A stretch of DNA of 64,000 bases, from NCBI GenBank assembly GCA_964016885.1, contig OZ024747.1, forward strand, positions 85,560,001-85,624,000, read 5' to 3'. Shown here piece after piece: positions 13,376-26,039 of this stretch; the first letter of the stretch is position 1; each line of letters opens with the position of its first letter. Below the pieces are notes generated by a model that was given only the letters and a program-made list of their open reading frames with translations, was not told the DNA's origin and searched no databases. The stretch comes from Eledone cirrhosa. Taxonomy: Eukaryota. A program made the position numbers and the translations under genes.

Positions 13376-13630
13376 GTGTTTATGTATGTATGTATGTATG
13401 TGTGTGTGTATGTATGTGTGTATGTATGTGTGTATGTATGTGTGTATGTATGTATGTATGTGTATGTATGCATGTATGTATGTATGTATGTGTGTTTGTA
13501 TGTATATGTTTGTATATATGTATGTTTGTGTGTAGGCATGTATGCATGCGTACATGTATGGACGTATCTATGGATACATATGTATACATATGTGTATGCA
13601 TGTATGTACGTATGTATGTCTATATATGTA

Positions 13631-13677
<47 letters not shown>

Positions 13678-14196
13678 GTGTACGTACGTATGTTCACACA
13701 CTAGCTCTAGTCTTTTGGTGTCCAGCCTCTCATGTATGTACATTTCCTGATGTCAAAATGGCTGTTGTATGAATGTATCAAAGGATGGGAGATTACATGT
13801 GGTTACTTAGCAACCGGCCGTTCTATTGCCAACAAACAAATAGACGATGGATCTATAAACAAAAGTCGAGATCAATGACTTGACCAATATTATTCCGTCT
13901 GAGAGATGTTTAATGTTAGCTGTTGTTTATATAGTTCAATCTTTTTTTTATGTTCTTCAAATGAACGAAGCGACATTACTGAGTTTCCACGATACATCAG
14001 ACAGTGGAGTCTAAATCTCGTTTGTTATTGATATAGAAAATGGAAAATATTTACTCCACGGCTGTCTTTTGTGTTGTGTTCTGAGGGGGGTTAGCCATAT
14101 GGATATTTGAGCAATGCCTGGCGGGCCACTGAGCTGGATACATTAAAAGAATTTCACGAAACCGCAGCACAAAGATTGACACTAAAATGGAATGTG

Positions 14197-14662
14197 CTGA
14201 GCAGTAAAACACATCTCCGGCGCTCAGCATTTATCAGTGTCAGTCAGTGTCAACTTAGTTGAGCAGTGAAAACACATCTTGGGCGCTCAGCATTTATCAG
14301 TGTCAGTCAGTGTCAACTTAGTTGAGCAGTGAAAACACATCTCTGGCGCTCAGCATTCATCTGTCAGTTCAGTCAGAGTCAACTTAGTTGAGCAGTGAAA
14401 AGATATCTCTGGAGCTCAGCAATCATCAATCTGTCAGTCAGTGACAGCTTAGTCGAGCAGTGAAAATCCATCTCTGACGCTCAGCAACCACCAATCTGTC
14501 TGTCAGCGTCAGGTTAGTTGAGCAGTGAAAACACACCTCTTATCATCAGTAGTCAATTAATCAGTGTCGCCGTAGCTGAACGATGAAAACACACGTCTGG
14601 CCCTCATTCTGATCGTGTCACTTTAGTTGGGACTTGAAAAGACACTGCTAGCCCTCAGCAGT
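14197..14662. repeat. Tandem array of ~63-bp units (8 units), each with an inverted repeat
   Basis: TTAGTTGAGCAGTGAAAACACATCT..GCGCTCAGCA-like units at 14255, 14318, 14384, 14449, 14514, 14572, 14623 plus a partial first unit at 14197. Confidence 0.9.
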
Positions 14663-15379
14663 CTGTTAGTCTGTGTTGCTTGGTTTTAAGAGTCAGTCCG
14701 CATCTGGTCTTCTGGTTCTGTCTATGGTTGTTGTTGTGGTTCTTGTGTTGTGTTGTGTCTAAGGAGATCGTTTCATTTCTTATATTGTGTTCAAATCCCA
14801 CCGAGGTACACTTTCTGGGTCGATGAAAAAATATATCTGTTGTGTGTGGTATAGCCGCCTCTCTTTCCAGCTGTCAGGTCCTTGGTATTCTGCTGGATCA
14901 AAGGAGCAAAGGTCGAGAAGGTTTCTATATCTGCTCGCGACTACATCAGTATCTAAATCCCTTGACGAAAATATGCTACCAACTCATACTCGATTTCAAA
15001 TGACAACCGTTGTATTTTTAAAAGGCTAAATATATATTTTTTTAAATTTAACTAGTACACGTTGCTAATGGAAGATCGAATATAGAAAAAATTGAGTGAG
15101 TTTATGTCAGCTATTTGAGGTATCTATACATATGACATTTTCTCTTATCGGATCAGTTATGTATGTAACTTAATAACAGCTAATTTAGAACATGCTTTAA
15201 TCCAAGATAAGTATCATCGACCTTTAATTTCCTTTAATCTATAATATTTCAGCAAAAATACGCCACGCTATTGAATTGGCAACTCTAACTTAACATATAC
15301 ACTATAGTGTTTTTATCTACCATATACGTCTTTTTCTGTTACCATACCATTATTGTTAGTATTATTATCAAATCCCGCC

Positions 15380-15592
15380 GGGCGGTGGATTGGCAGTATC
15401 GTTAGAAGGTCGGACGCCATGTTTTGCAGCATAGAGTTACGGCCCTTTATGGTCTGAGTTCAAATCCCACCAAGGTTAAACTTTGCCTTTCATCCTTACG
15501 GGGTCGATAAAATAAAGTACCAGGGGTCGATTTAATTGACTTTCCCCTCCCCCAAAATTGCTGGCCTTGTGCCTATATAAGAAACCATTATT
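15380..15592 (+). mobile_element. SINE-A, full length
   Basis: GGGCGGTGGATTGGCAGTATCG head, B box, central domain and AT-rich tail. Confidence 0.9.
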
Positions 15593-16111
15593 TGAAACTT
15601 CCTTTGAGTTCTGCTTCTTTCCCAAATCATACCGAGTATCAACCTAGCACCTGAGGCAAAATAATACACACATTTTACAATCAATTGTCACGCAAATGAT
15701 GCCACAACGGCACAAACAACAGTAAATGTCCACTCTCCGATTATTTTGTTTTCTTTGTCAACTTGAACCATTTTATAGATTGCTTCAATGTAACAATTCT
15801 GGGGGAATCAACATTCTTCTCCAAACTGAAGATTGACAGCATATTTGTCATTTTTAACGTCCTGTATCACATGAACTCACGATAGCAAGAGATTTTTGAA
15901 AATTAAAAAAAAAAAAAAAAAAAAAACTCAACAAAACACTCTTTACACTAATAATACAAATTATCATAATAATCTGTCCACTCGTAAAGATACTATAAAT
16001 ATTTGGTACAAAATACCACCGAGATTGTCTCACATTAGTTATTAAAGTCTTTACTCTAATGCTGCAAATGTTCATAATGATCTGTCCACTGGCAATTGTA
16101 AACATTTAGTA

Positions 16112-16402
16112 CAATCATTGGCAACCTGCGGCCCGCGAAGCTTTCTAAATGGATCGCCTAAGTAACCTAAGTGAAATCTTTCTGATTTGTTTACCCAACT
16201 TTTCAGTCGTAATTTATCTTTCTATCCTTTTTACGATCAAGAAAAACAACGTGTTCGAATTCTGAAGAAACAAATCAAAATAACTTGAATTACCACCCTT
16301 CTTTTTTAATGTGGGCACGAATGTAAATTAGCGCTTGCGGCCCGCCTGATTATGAACCATATCTCATGCGGCCCGCTTCTCGAAAAAGGTTGCCCATGCC
16401 TG
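16112..16402. mobile_element. Non-autonomous hAT-type DNA transposon (MITE)
   Basis: Imperfect TIRs CAATCATTGGCAACCT / AGGTTGCCCATGCCTG, subterminal TGCGGCCCGC motifs, near-matching 8-bp flanks ATTTAGTA/ATTTAATG. Confidence 0.75.
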
Positions 16403-17054
16403 ATTTAATGACATTTTCGGTTAAATCCCTGCAGGTTAAGAGTAAAATCGGTTTATCCAAAATATGATGAATTCGTTTAATTATACTTATTTCAGGAGTC
16501 TTGAACTTTTAGTCATTTAACGCCTATGTAATCTGGATAAAATAAGGGTCTCGTTCAACCCATGCTGGAACGGAATAACGGACGTAAAACGAGAACTATT
16601 AGCACATTTTATTCTGTTTTGCTAAAGTTACCATTTTAACTTTGTCGCTAGTCATGTTTGAACAAGCAGTCTTGTGTCAAACCCATACATACATAGACAC
16701 AGAGAGCCACAAATAGAGAGATATATCTCTATATATATATATCAATATATGTATGTGTATGTGTGTGTATGTATGTGTGTGTATGTGTGTGTCTGTGTGT
16801 GTATGTTTGCGTGGGTTTTTCTTATCGCTTGGTTTATTTATTTAAATCATTATCACGTCCGCGGTCGCAGTGTTAGGTCAAACACCGACACACATACACA
16901 TACAGCCAATTTATAGTCATATGTATGTATGTATGTATATATATATATATATATTTATATACATAGTGGGTGCGTGTGTTATTACATAGTATTACAAGAG
17001 TGTGCGGTGTGAAGGTTTCGGGGGTGGGTTGTGAGATTACACTTTACTTCTTAT

Positions 17055-17057
17055 ACC

Positions 17058-17088
<31 letters not shown>

Positions 17089-17090
17089 CC

Positions 17091-17121
<31 letters not shown>

Positions 17122-17174
17122 CCACCACCACCACCACTAACAACAACACCACCACCACCACCAACAACAACAAC

Positions 17175-17206
<32 letters not shown>

Positions 17207-17267
17207 CAACAACAACACCACCACCACCACCACCACCAACAACAACAACACCACCAGCAACAACAAC

Positions 17268-17299
<32 letters not shown>

Positions 17300-17309
17300 C
17301 AACAACACC

Positions 17310-17341
<32 letters not shown>

Positions 17342-17396
17342 CACCACCACCACCACCACTAACAACAACACCACCACCACCACCAACAACAACACC

Positions 17397-17428
<32 letters not shown>

Positions 17429-17486
17429 CAACACCACCACCACCACCACCAACAACACCACCAGCAACAACAACAACAACACCACC

Positions 17487-17517
<31 letters not shown>

Positions 17518-17528
17518 CCACCACCACC

Positions 17529-17560
<32 letters not shown>

Positions 17561-17663
17561 CAACAACAACACCACCACCACCAACACCACCAATAACAAC
17601 AACAACAACACCACCACCACCACCACCAGCAACAACAACACCACCAACAACAACAACAACACC

Positions 17664-17709
<46 letters not shown>

Positions 17710-17873
17710 CCACCACCACCACCACCACCAGCAACAACAACAACAACAACAACACCACCACCACCACCAGCAACAACAACAACACCACCACCACCACCAC
17801 CAACAACAACACCACCACCACCAACAACAACACCAACAACACCACCACCACCAACAACAACAACACCACCACC

Positions 17874-17925
<52 letters not shown>

Positions 17926-17945
17926 CCACCACCACCACCACCACC

Positions 17946-17977
<32 letters not shown>

Positions 17978-18026
17978 CAACAACAACACCACCACCACCA
18001 CCACCACCAACAACACCACCACCACC

Positions 18027-18105
<79 letters not shown>

Positions 18106-18186
18106 GCAGCAACAGCAGCAACAGCAGCAACAGCAGCAACAACAACAACAACAACACCACCAACAACAACAACAACAACAACAACA
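17055..18186. repeat. In-phase mixed (ACC)n/(AAC)n trinucleotide tract
   Basis: About 1.1 kb composed almost only of ACC and AAC triplets. Confidence 0.95.
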
Positions 18187-19056
18187 AGACAGTTGTTAGT
18201 TTCGAAGCCACATTGTTTGATATAACATTGGTGACGATGGTAGTGGGACAATTGTGGGGAAAGAATGGAATGTTGATAGAGGGTGTGGGGGGGGGGGATA
18301 ATGGGATAGATTAGTGTTGGTTGTGATGATGATGATGAGGATGATGATGGTGATGGTGATGGTGGTGCGCATGTGTGGGGCGTAATAGATGGATAAGTGC
18401 AGACGGCGTACTGTTGTTATTGTTGGTGTAGTGTTGGTGTTGGTAGTGGTGGAGGGTTGGTAGTGGTGGGTGGAGGCCTGGTAGTGGTGGGGGGAGGGTT
18501 GGTAGTGGTGGGGGGAGGGGAGGTAGTGGTGGCTGGAGGCTAATGAAAATAAAGAGCTAATTTGTTATTTAGTGATATAAACTTTTGTCCTCTTCTTACA
18601 TATCAAGTTAAAATGTTGTTGTTGTTGTAGTGGTGGTGATGGTGGTGGTGGCGGTGATGATGATGATGGTGGATGTTATGGTGATGGTAGTGATTGTGGT
18701 CGAGTTAGTGGAAGTAATGGTGTTGATGTTGCTGATGATGATGGTGGATATTATAGTGATGGTAGTGATTGTGGTCGAGTGGTAGTGATGGTGTTGATGA
18801 TGATGATGATGGTAGTGGTGGTGGTAGTGGTGATGGCGTTATTGATGTTGTTGTAGAGCTATCTTCAAAAGATATCCGCCCCAGCACTCACAGTATGACG
18901 CTCGAGCCGTTGATGTCCAAATAAACAAAATACGATGAATGCAAGACATTGTAAGATGAGATTAATAATTATTTTTACTTTAGGCACAAGGCCAGCAATT
19001 TGGCGAGAGGGGGAAGTCGATTAAATCAACCCCCATGCATTACTGGTATTTTATTG

Positions 19057-19468
19057 TCAGGTCACTCTTGAGTGCTACTGGTAACATGTAACAAAGTACA
19101 ACCAGTCGAATGGTCGGGTCATCGGCGACTAAACCGGGAACCCCACCAAGTTTAATTGGTGAGGAGGGTGATTCTGGACACCCTGCAGGACAAAAAACAA
19201 AACTTAATGAAGGGCGAAGAACTGATAAGAGTCAACGGCCATCAAAAAAAGAAGATAAAAAGAAGAAATCCTGCCAAATCAATGGGTGGCAGTAGTTCCA
19301 GCTGCATGCATCGAAGGACTGGTGTAGTGGTTCTGAGAACAACGCGGCTTTGCAGATGATCAATGCAAATTGACAATGGAAAGGCGCTCCCGCTCGGCTA
19401 GAAGAGAACTATTGATCTTCAGGAGAAGCAGCGACCCTGATTGTATTCAGCAACCGAACCAAAACAAA
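19057..19468 (+). mobile_element. Dispersed repeat, probable 5' region of an RTE-type LINE
   Basis: Homologous segments on the minus strand at 21500-21735 and 51420-51572, the latter contiguous with an RTE 3' end. Confidence 0.6.
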
Positions 19469-19555
19469 CATTTTTTTTTTTATCGACCATTAAGGGTGAA
19501 AGGCAAAGCTAACCTTGGTGGGATTCAAACTCAGAACGTAAAGGGACGTAACTAT

Positions 19556-20143
19556 CAACTAGCCCAGACTCACTATAAAGAATGGAAGCCCGATATAATA
19601 GGAAAAGTGATTCACTGGCATTTATGCAAACTAAATAATTTACCACATTCTGAGAAGTGGTATGAGGAGCATAAGCCAGAGTCGGTGGTAGAAAACGATC
19701 GAGTGACGGTGTATAGGATTTCAGGATACAGACAGACAAGAAAGTAGAACACAATAGGCTTGTTCCGGTGGATTTTGACAAGGAAAAAAGATCGTGCCTG
19801 ATTGTAAATGTAGCCTGCCCTTTTGAAACAAGAGTACAAGAAAAGGAGGAGAAAAGTGGGAATTTAAAAGGATTTGGGACTGTCATGAGATGAAGGTCGT
19901 CCCGTTTGTCATAGGAGCACTAGGTACTATCCCGAAGAGTTTTCAGGGTTGGTTAAAGAACATTAGTCCAGTCCCCCCCCCTTTTTAACACTTCAAAAGG
20001 CATGCTTGCTGGAAACAGCAAGCACCCTCCGATACGTCCTGAATATCTGAGGCTGCAGGTAGCGGCTTGATGTTCATTTGAATAAATTTCCATTTAAATA
20101 ACATCAATGACTGAGACTCCAAGAACAATAATAATAATAATAA
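19556..20143 (+). mobile_element. R4/Dong-like RLE LINE 3' remnant ending in (TAA)n
   Basis: LAQTHYKEW..IHWHLC..KWYEEHKPESVVEN..DFRIQTDKKVEHNR..CLIVNVACPFETRVQEKEEK..VVPFVIGALGTIP..LQKACLLETASTLRYVLNI* across frameshifts (PD-(D/E)xK nuclease region). Confidence 0.85.
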
Positions 20144-20317
20144 TTTCTAGTATAGGCTCAAGGCCAGTAATTTGGAGGGAAGGGGAAAGTCGATTAAATC
20201 GACCCCAGTACGTTACTGGTACTTTATTTTATCGACCCCGTAAGGATAAAGGCAAAGTTAACCTCGGTGGGATTTGAACTCAGACCGTAAAGGACCGTAA
20301 CTCTATGTTGCAAAGCA
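20140..20317 (-). mobile_element. SINE-A, 5'-truncated
   Basis: Matches the other SINE-A copies. Confidence 0.9.
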
Positions 20318-20568
20318 ATCATGCAAACAGCCTCTTAAGCCATGTGAGTAGAACAACCTCGTCACTCTTGCTCTTGTGTTGGTATATAAGAATGACGAAG
20401 TTGTTCTCCTCACGTGACTTTAGACGCTTCATGCATAATTGCAAACGAATCGAATATTACTATTAATATTCGAAAAACTCAGAATTACATTCTTTGTATT
20501 TAGCCATGTAGAGCGATAAAACTATTTGTTATATATATATATGTACACATATTTATATATATATACTG

Positions 20569-20729
<161 letters not shown>

Positions 20730-20780
20730 TGTATATATATACATACACACACACATATATATATATATGTACACATTTTT

Positions 20781-20811
<31 letters not shown>

Positions 20812-21002
20812 CCAGGGTATAGTATACTCTACACACTAGACGCCTCACCGCCAGAGGTGAAATACACAGTAATCAATTACACCAAAATAACAAAACAGTG
20901 AATGAATTCAAATAAAGTCACAGGGCTTAGGTTTCCTTTATTGTAACATATGATACCAAAGAAACGTCATTACAACTGCTACATATGGTTTCTATGAGTG
21001 TA

Positions 21003-21092
<90 letters not shown>

Positions 21093-21095
21093 TAG

Positions 21096-21155
<60 letters not shown>

Positions 21156-21747
21156 GGGTACGTACGTGCGTATTCAGTTACTTGTATTTTGAAGATATAC
21201 AAATACAACTTTATTATATACTTCACCAGGTTGGACACAAATTAATAATATATCTTCATTAACTACCAACATGTTAACACTGCATGAAAAAAAAAATTGT
21301 TAATTCAGGGTGATTTTAGCTAATTTTAGGGTGCTCTTCCAGAATATGAAGTCACTTTTGCTCCATCACATCTAGATTTTGATCTACAAGATATTCCCTA
21401 TATACCAAATTTACGAAAATGTAATGTAGCAACCATTAGGTGAAGTGTTCCTATTTGTTTTTTAATCTAATCTAATCTGGCCGAGTTTACACTCGCAAAT
21501 AAGAAGAACCAAGGTCGCCCCTAGAAGCATTGGATTTGGTATACTTCATATTTGTTTCGGTTGCTGAATACAATCAGGGGTCGCTGCTTCTCCTGAAGGT
21601 CAATAGTTCTCTTCTAACTCGAGCGGAAGCGCTTTTCCACTGATCATCTGCAAAGCCACATTGTTCTCAGAACCACTACACCAGTCTTTGGATGCGTGCA
21701 GCTGAAACTACTGTCACTCATTGATTTTTCAGGATCGCAACTTATTT

Positions 21748-21880
21748 CTAGAGCTGAGTAAACTGGAGCAACGTGAAATAAAGTGTCTTGCTCAAGGACA
21801 CATCACCCGGTCTGAGAATCGAACTCACAACCTTTCGATTGCAAGCCCAATGCTCTAACCACTTAGCCATGCGCCTTCAC
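21748..21880 (-). mobile_element. SINE-B 5' part
   Basis: Reverse complement of the tRNA head plus GTGTCCTTGAGCAAGACACTTTATTTCACGTTGCTCC. Confidence 0.8.
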
Positions 21881-22242
21881 TTCTCTTTTAAGAATCCCTT
21901 GAATTGTTCTTTTTATGACAACATTTAATGAGAGAGCTCTAAAAGTAAATATAACGCATACATACATACACACACATACAGTCATGTCAATATTTAGTAC
22001 ACTCTCAATCAAAAAGCTTGGTTGGCAAGCTTTTTGAAATTCTTCATTCATGCCCTAAAATAAGTCAAGAACAACTGGATTATTTTGTACAAAAGTTGGG
22101 ACTTTCTACGAATGATGCTCACCTGGAAGAATGCTCAAAGAATTTCATGTCTCAGCCCAAGGAACTAAAACAAGAGGGTACAAGCACAGAGAGAAGAAAT
22201 TTGTTGATGAACTGGGTTTGGTTTCTTACAGGAGCATTACTG

Positions 22243-22437
22243 TCTGCACTTGTCGTCACATGGTACCATGGGCCCAGCACTAAGTGTCAATAATTGTCAC
22301 AAGTGTAGTGTTTGTACCAGAGTTTTCAAGTCGTTGGCTGGACTAAAAAGTCACACTCGTTCAGCGCATCGGTAGGGGTTTTCCTACATGGATATAAAGT
22401 AGTGGCCGTACTCGAAAACGAGTTGGCAGCCGCCATT
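22243..22437 (+). mobile_element. RTE-type LINE 3' end with a C2H2 finger, followed by (TATG)n
   Basis: [30 protein letters not shown]; near-identical minus-strand copies at 31049-31245 and 51010-51210. Confidence 0.75.
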
Positions 22438-24521
22438 TATGTATGTATGTGTGTGTATGTATGTATGTATGTGTGTGTGTGTATGTATGTATGTATGTAT
22501 GTATGTATTTATGTATGTATGTATGTGTGTGTGTGTGTATGTATGTATCTATGTATGTATGTGTAAATACATGTATGTCTATATGTATGACAGAAATGAG
22601 ATGAGGTGAAATGAACTGAAGGGTTGATAATTTGAGCTAGATATGGAAGACAAACGTCCCTCTGTATCCACCAACCACAACAGGCATCCTCCGCAGATAG
22701 ATTGTAAAGATTGGAGTGGGGAAAAGGGAGCGAAAAAAAGGGGCAACCCGAAGAGAGTCGATGATAGAGATGGAAGCAGTTAGGCAGACAGATAGACAGA
22801 CCAACAGAAGGAACGAAAGATTTTAATATATGTGTGTATATGTGTATATACATAGATAAACTGTGGAGGCAACATAGTTAAACAGATAAGAAGTTCGCTT
22901 CGCAATCATTAGGCCTTGGGTTCGATCCCAGTGCATGTTTAACCATTCATCCATGCTGCATTCATACACCTGTGGATAAATAACATCAATTAATGAAAAA
23001 GATATTTAGGCGATGATTTAGCCAAATTATTAGAATATTATGTTTTGAGATATTCATTCCTGCTCTCTGAGTTAAACATCCCACCGGAATCAAATCAAAC
23101 TTTCCTCCTTTCCAGGTCGATAAAATAAGTTCCAGTTAAGTATTGGAAACCCTTCACTCCCCCCTCCCTCTCTTTTTCCTCACTGGGAAAAATGGGTTGT
23201 GTTTAGATCAAGAGAGGGTAATTTCCGCCAGGTTTTAAATGCCCAAGAGGGCACCGTTACAACTCTCTCATGAGTTACGGATCTGTACATATATTTAGGG
23301 GAAGAGGAGAGGCAGAGGATGGAAAGATAAGTGTGAAAGGGGAATCAAGAGAGGAAGAAAGATGGTGGGTGGGGGATGGGTCGGGGTTTATAATGAAAAT
23401 CGTAAGAAAGAACAGTGTTTCTTTATGTCATATAGACTGTATTGAATATGAATGACATATTTTAGATAAAGTAAATTGTGGAAGAAGAAGAAGAAGAAGA
23501 AGAAGAAGAAGAAGAAGAAGAAGAAGAAGAACATTTATGAATAAATGATGATGTAAACAGATAGAGTTAAATACGAGAAGGATTGGTGGCAGACGATGAA
23601 ATGATGAGAACGATAAAATGTAAAATGGAAGAAGCAGACGTCAAGAAGATTCAAGTAGAAGATAACGATGAATATATAAAACTGGGGCCCTCTATTGACT
23701 CACAAATATACACACATATATGAATATGGACATACATATACATACATCATACACACACATATGTGTGTTTGTTTGTGAATGAGTATGTGTGCGTAGAAAC
23801 ACAAACTCTCCATCTCAATTTTACTTTTGAAAAGCATAAGAACTGTGGTGCGTATACATACATACTTACATTTAAGTATCAGCCGTACTAAGAGTGAGAA
23901 ATGAAATTTCGTTTCATTCTTTTCCATTTATCGATTTCGGTGCGCCCGGCCGACTGGCTCACTCAGTATGCGGATTGGGCTGCTCGTCCGTTGATATGCA
24001 TAAGGAAAGTATAAACTTTCAGATGTTCAATCATCTGGCAGGAAGGTATACGATGCTGACGATAGCTAATAAGCTTGAAACTAGTACATCGTTCCTGTGT
24101 CAGTGTTGAACAAAAAGGCGACGATGGTTGCCTGAACACTGTACGGCTTAATTCGGGCTGTTTGTTTACAAACAAACCGAACATTATAATAAATGTTCGG
24201 TAAACCCATACGTACATATATATGTGTGTGCATGTGTGTATATATTAATATCGTATATATATATATATATATAGTTCGTTTTTGAATTTGTTCTGCAAGA
24301 TTTCTTATATGAAAACGTGTGTTGAAACAAATATTGTTATATGTATTGATATGTTATTATGTGAGTAACTTGTAGTTACTGGCGGCGATGCTGTTCGAAG
24401 CACTCAATGCTGTTACTGGATCCGTCTCTTGTTGGGTTGTGCCCCAGGTTTAAGGCGGCTGTAGTTTTCGGGCTGTATATAATGTGACAATAAGAATTGC
24501 AGCTTTTTGTAAACTTTATTT

Positions 24522-24606
24522 CGTATTACAGTTGTTTCCATATTGATCAGCTCGGTTTGATCATGCTATCGGATCCCGACTCTTAATCGATACCTCTTCA
24601 GATATG
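24522..24606 (-). ncRNA. Degenerate type I hammerhead with long stem II in a Penelope-like terminal repeat
   Basis: Minus strand: TAT-CTGAAGA-(long imperfect stem)-GAAAC AACT GTA-ATA, followed by AATAAA. Confidence 0.5.
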
Positions 24607-24974
24607 AGAGTTTACATGAGTAGTCCCATCCAAACTGTTGACATATGTCCCATGTTATTGGGTTATGGCGGGTGTGCGGGAGACGGTAGTGGGTATATGG
24701 AGAATAGTGATTTTGAATATCACAGAATTGTAAAGAATTGTAAGTGGGATGGGCATAAAATATTGTTTCAGATGAAATTATAAATAACAAAATTGTGAAG
24801 AATAAAAAGGAAAAAAATTGGGGAAGAGGAGAGGCAACGGTTAAGTAGCAGGTATGCTCTAACCATTAAGCCATGTTACCTTCACATATACTTATTAGGT
24901 AATAATTAGATGTAAACAATAGTTAAGCAGTTTCATTTATATTAGTAATAGATTAATAAACTTACAGTAATAAT

Positions 24975-25634
24975 TGTTTCTACTTTTGGCACAAGGCCAG
25001 AAATTATTCCAGTACATTACTGGATTCATTGGATTCACAAGTATGGGATTGTCCCGAGAACATCAAAGACTGAGATAACATCAGACACAGCGGCTACAAC
25101 AACGACAATAACATATCACCCACAGAAACAGAAACAACAACAACAACAAAAATAAAAACATTAACAACAACAGCAACAACAACAACACAACAACACAACA
25201 GCAGCAACAATAATGACAACAATAACGAAAATAACAATTTCAATAACAACAACAACATTAATAACAACAATAACGAAACTAATTTCAATAACAACAAAAA
25301 GCACAACAAAAAGCACAACAATCATAACATAAAAAAACACAACAAAAAGCACAACAAAAAGCACAACAATCATAACATGAAAAACGAAAACAACAAACGC
25401 ATGAATAATGTTAATAACCATAAGATCAAAGACTAGAATAACAATAACTGTTTCTACTTTTAGCACAAGGCCAGCCTTTATCGCAGTACATTACTGGTAC
25501 TTTTATTTTATCGACCCCGTAAGGATGAAAAGCAAAGTGAACCTCGGCGGGATTTGAACTCATACCGTAAAGGGGCGTAACTTTATGCTGCAAAGCATGG
25601 CGTCCGACCTCTACCGATGTTGCAATCCACTACC
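24975..25634 (-). mobile_element. SINE-A interrupted by a duplicated segment, bounded by a 14-bp TSD
   Basis: CTTACAGTAATAAT at 24961 and 25635; SINE parts at 24975-25023 and 25443-25634. Confidence 0.8.
25024..25530. repeat. Local duplication, copy of 28574-29080
   Basis: Appears base-identical by eye at offset 3550; the ORF track gives identical translations (25094/28644 and 25161/28711). Confidence 0.9.
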
Positions 25635-26039
25635 CTTACAGTAATAATATTAATTTAACTGCCTTCATAGAATTTCTTCTATGTGCATTAGCACATTTCC
25701 GGGGATTACTTATTGATTGATAATATATTTGGACTTATATTGGACATATTTCGTCGAGCAGGTCTACATTGATTTCGTCATATCCGCGGCTGATCCAGAA
25801 ACTCCAACTGTTATATAAGCTGATACTAACATCGGTGTGTTACTGTATATGTACAGCATATTTGACTATAAATACATCGATGATATGTTTATGTATGTAT
25901 ATAATCTATATATATAAAACTGAGGATGTCTGTCTGTGTGTGTGTGAGTTTGAATCCCTACAACTCGAGAACCACCCAACCGACTGTACAGCATATTTGA
26001 CTATAAATACATCGATGATATGTTTATGTATGTACACAA

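Noticed and set aside
14197-14662. CRISPR array
   Set aside because: Linkers are homologous to each other rather than unique spacers, repeats are divergent, there are no cas genes, and the context is eukaryotic.
14787-15029. Possible coding exon after CTCTCTTTCCAG
   Set aside because: No recognisable protein in the frames I read and no supporting neighbouring exons.
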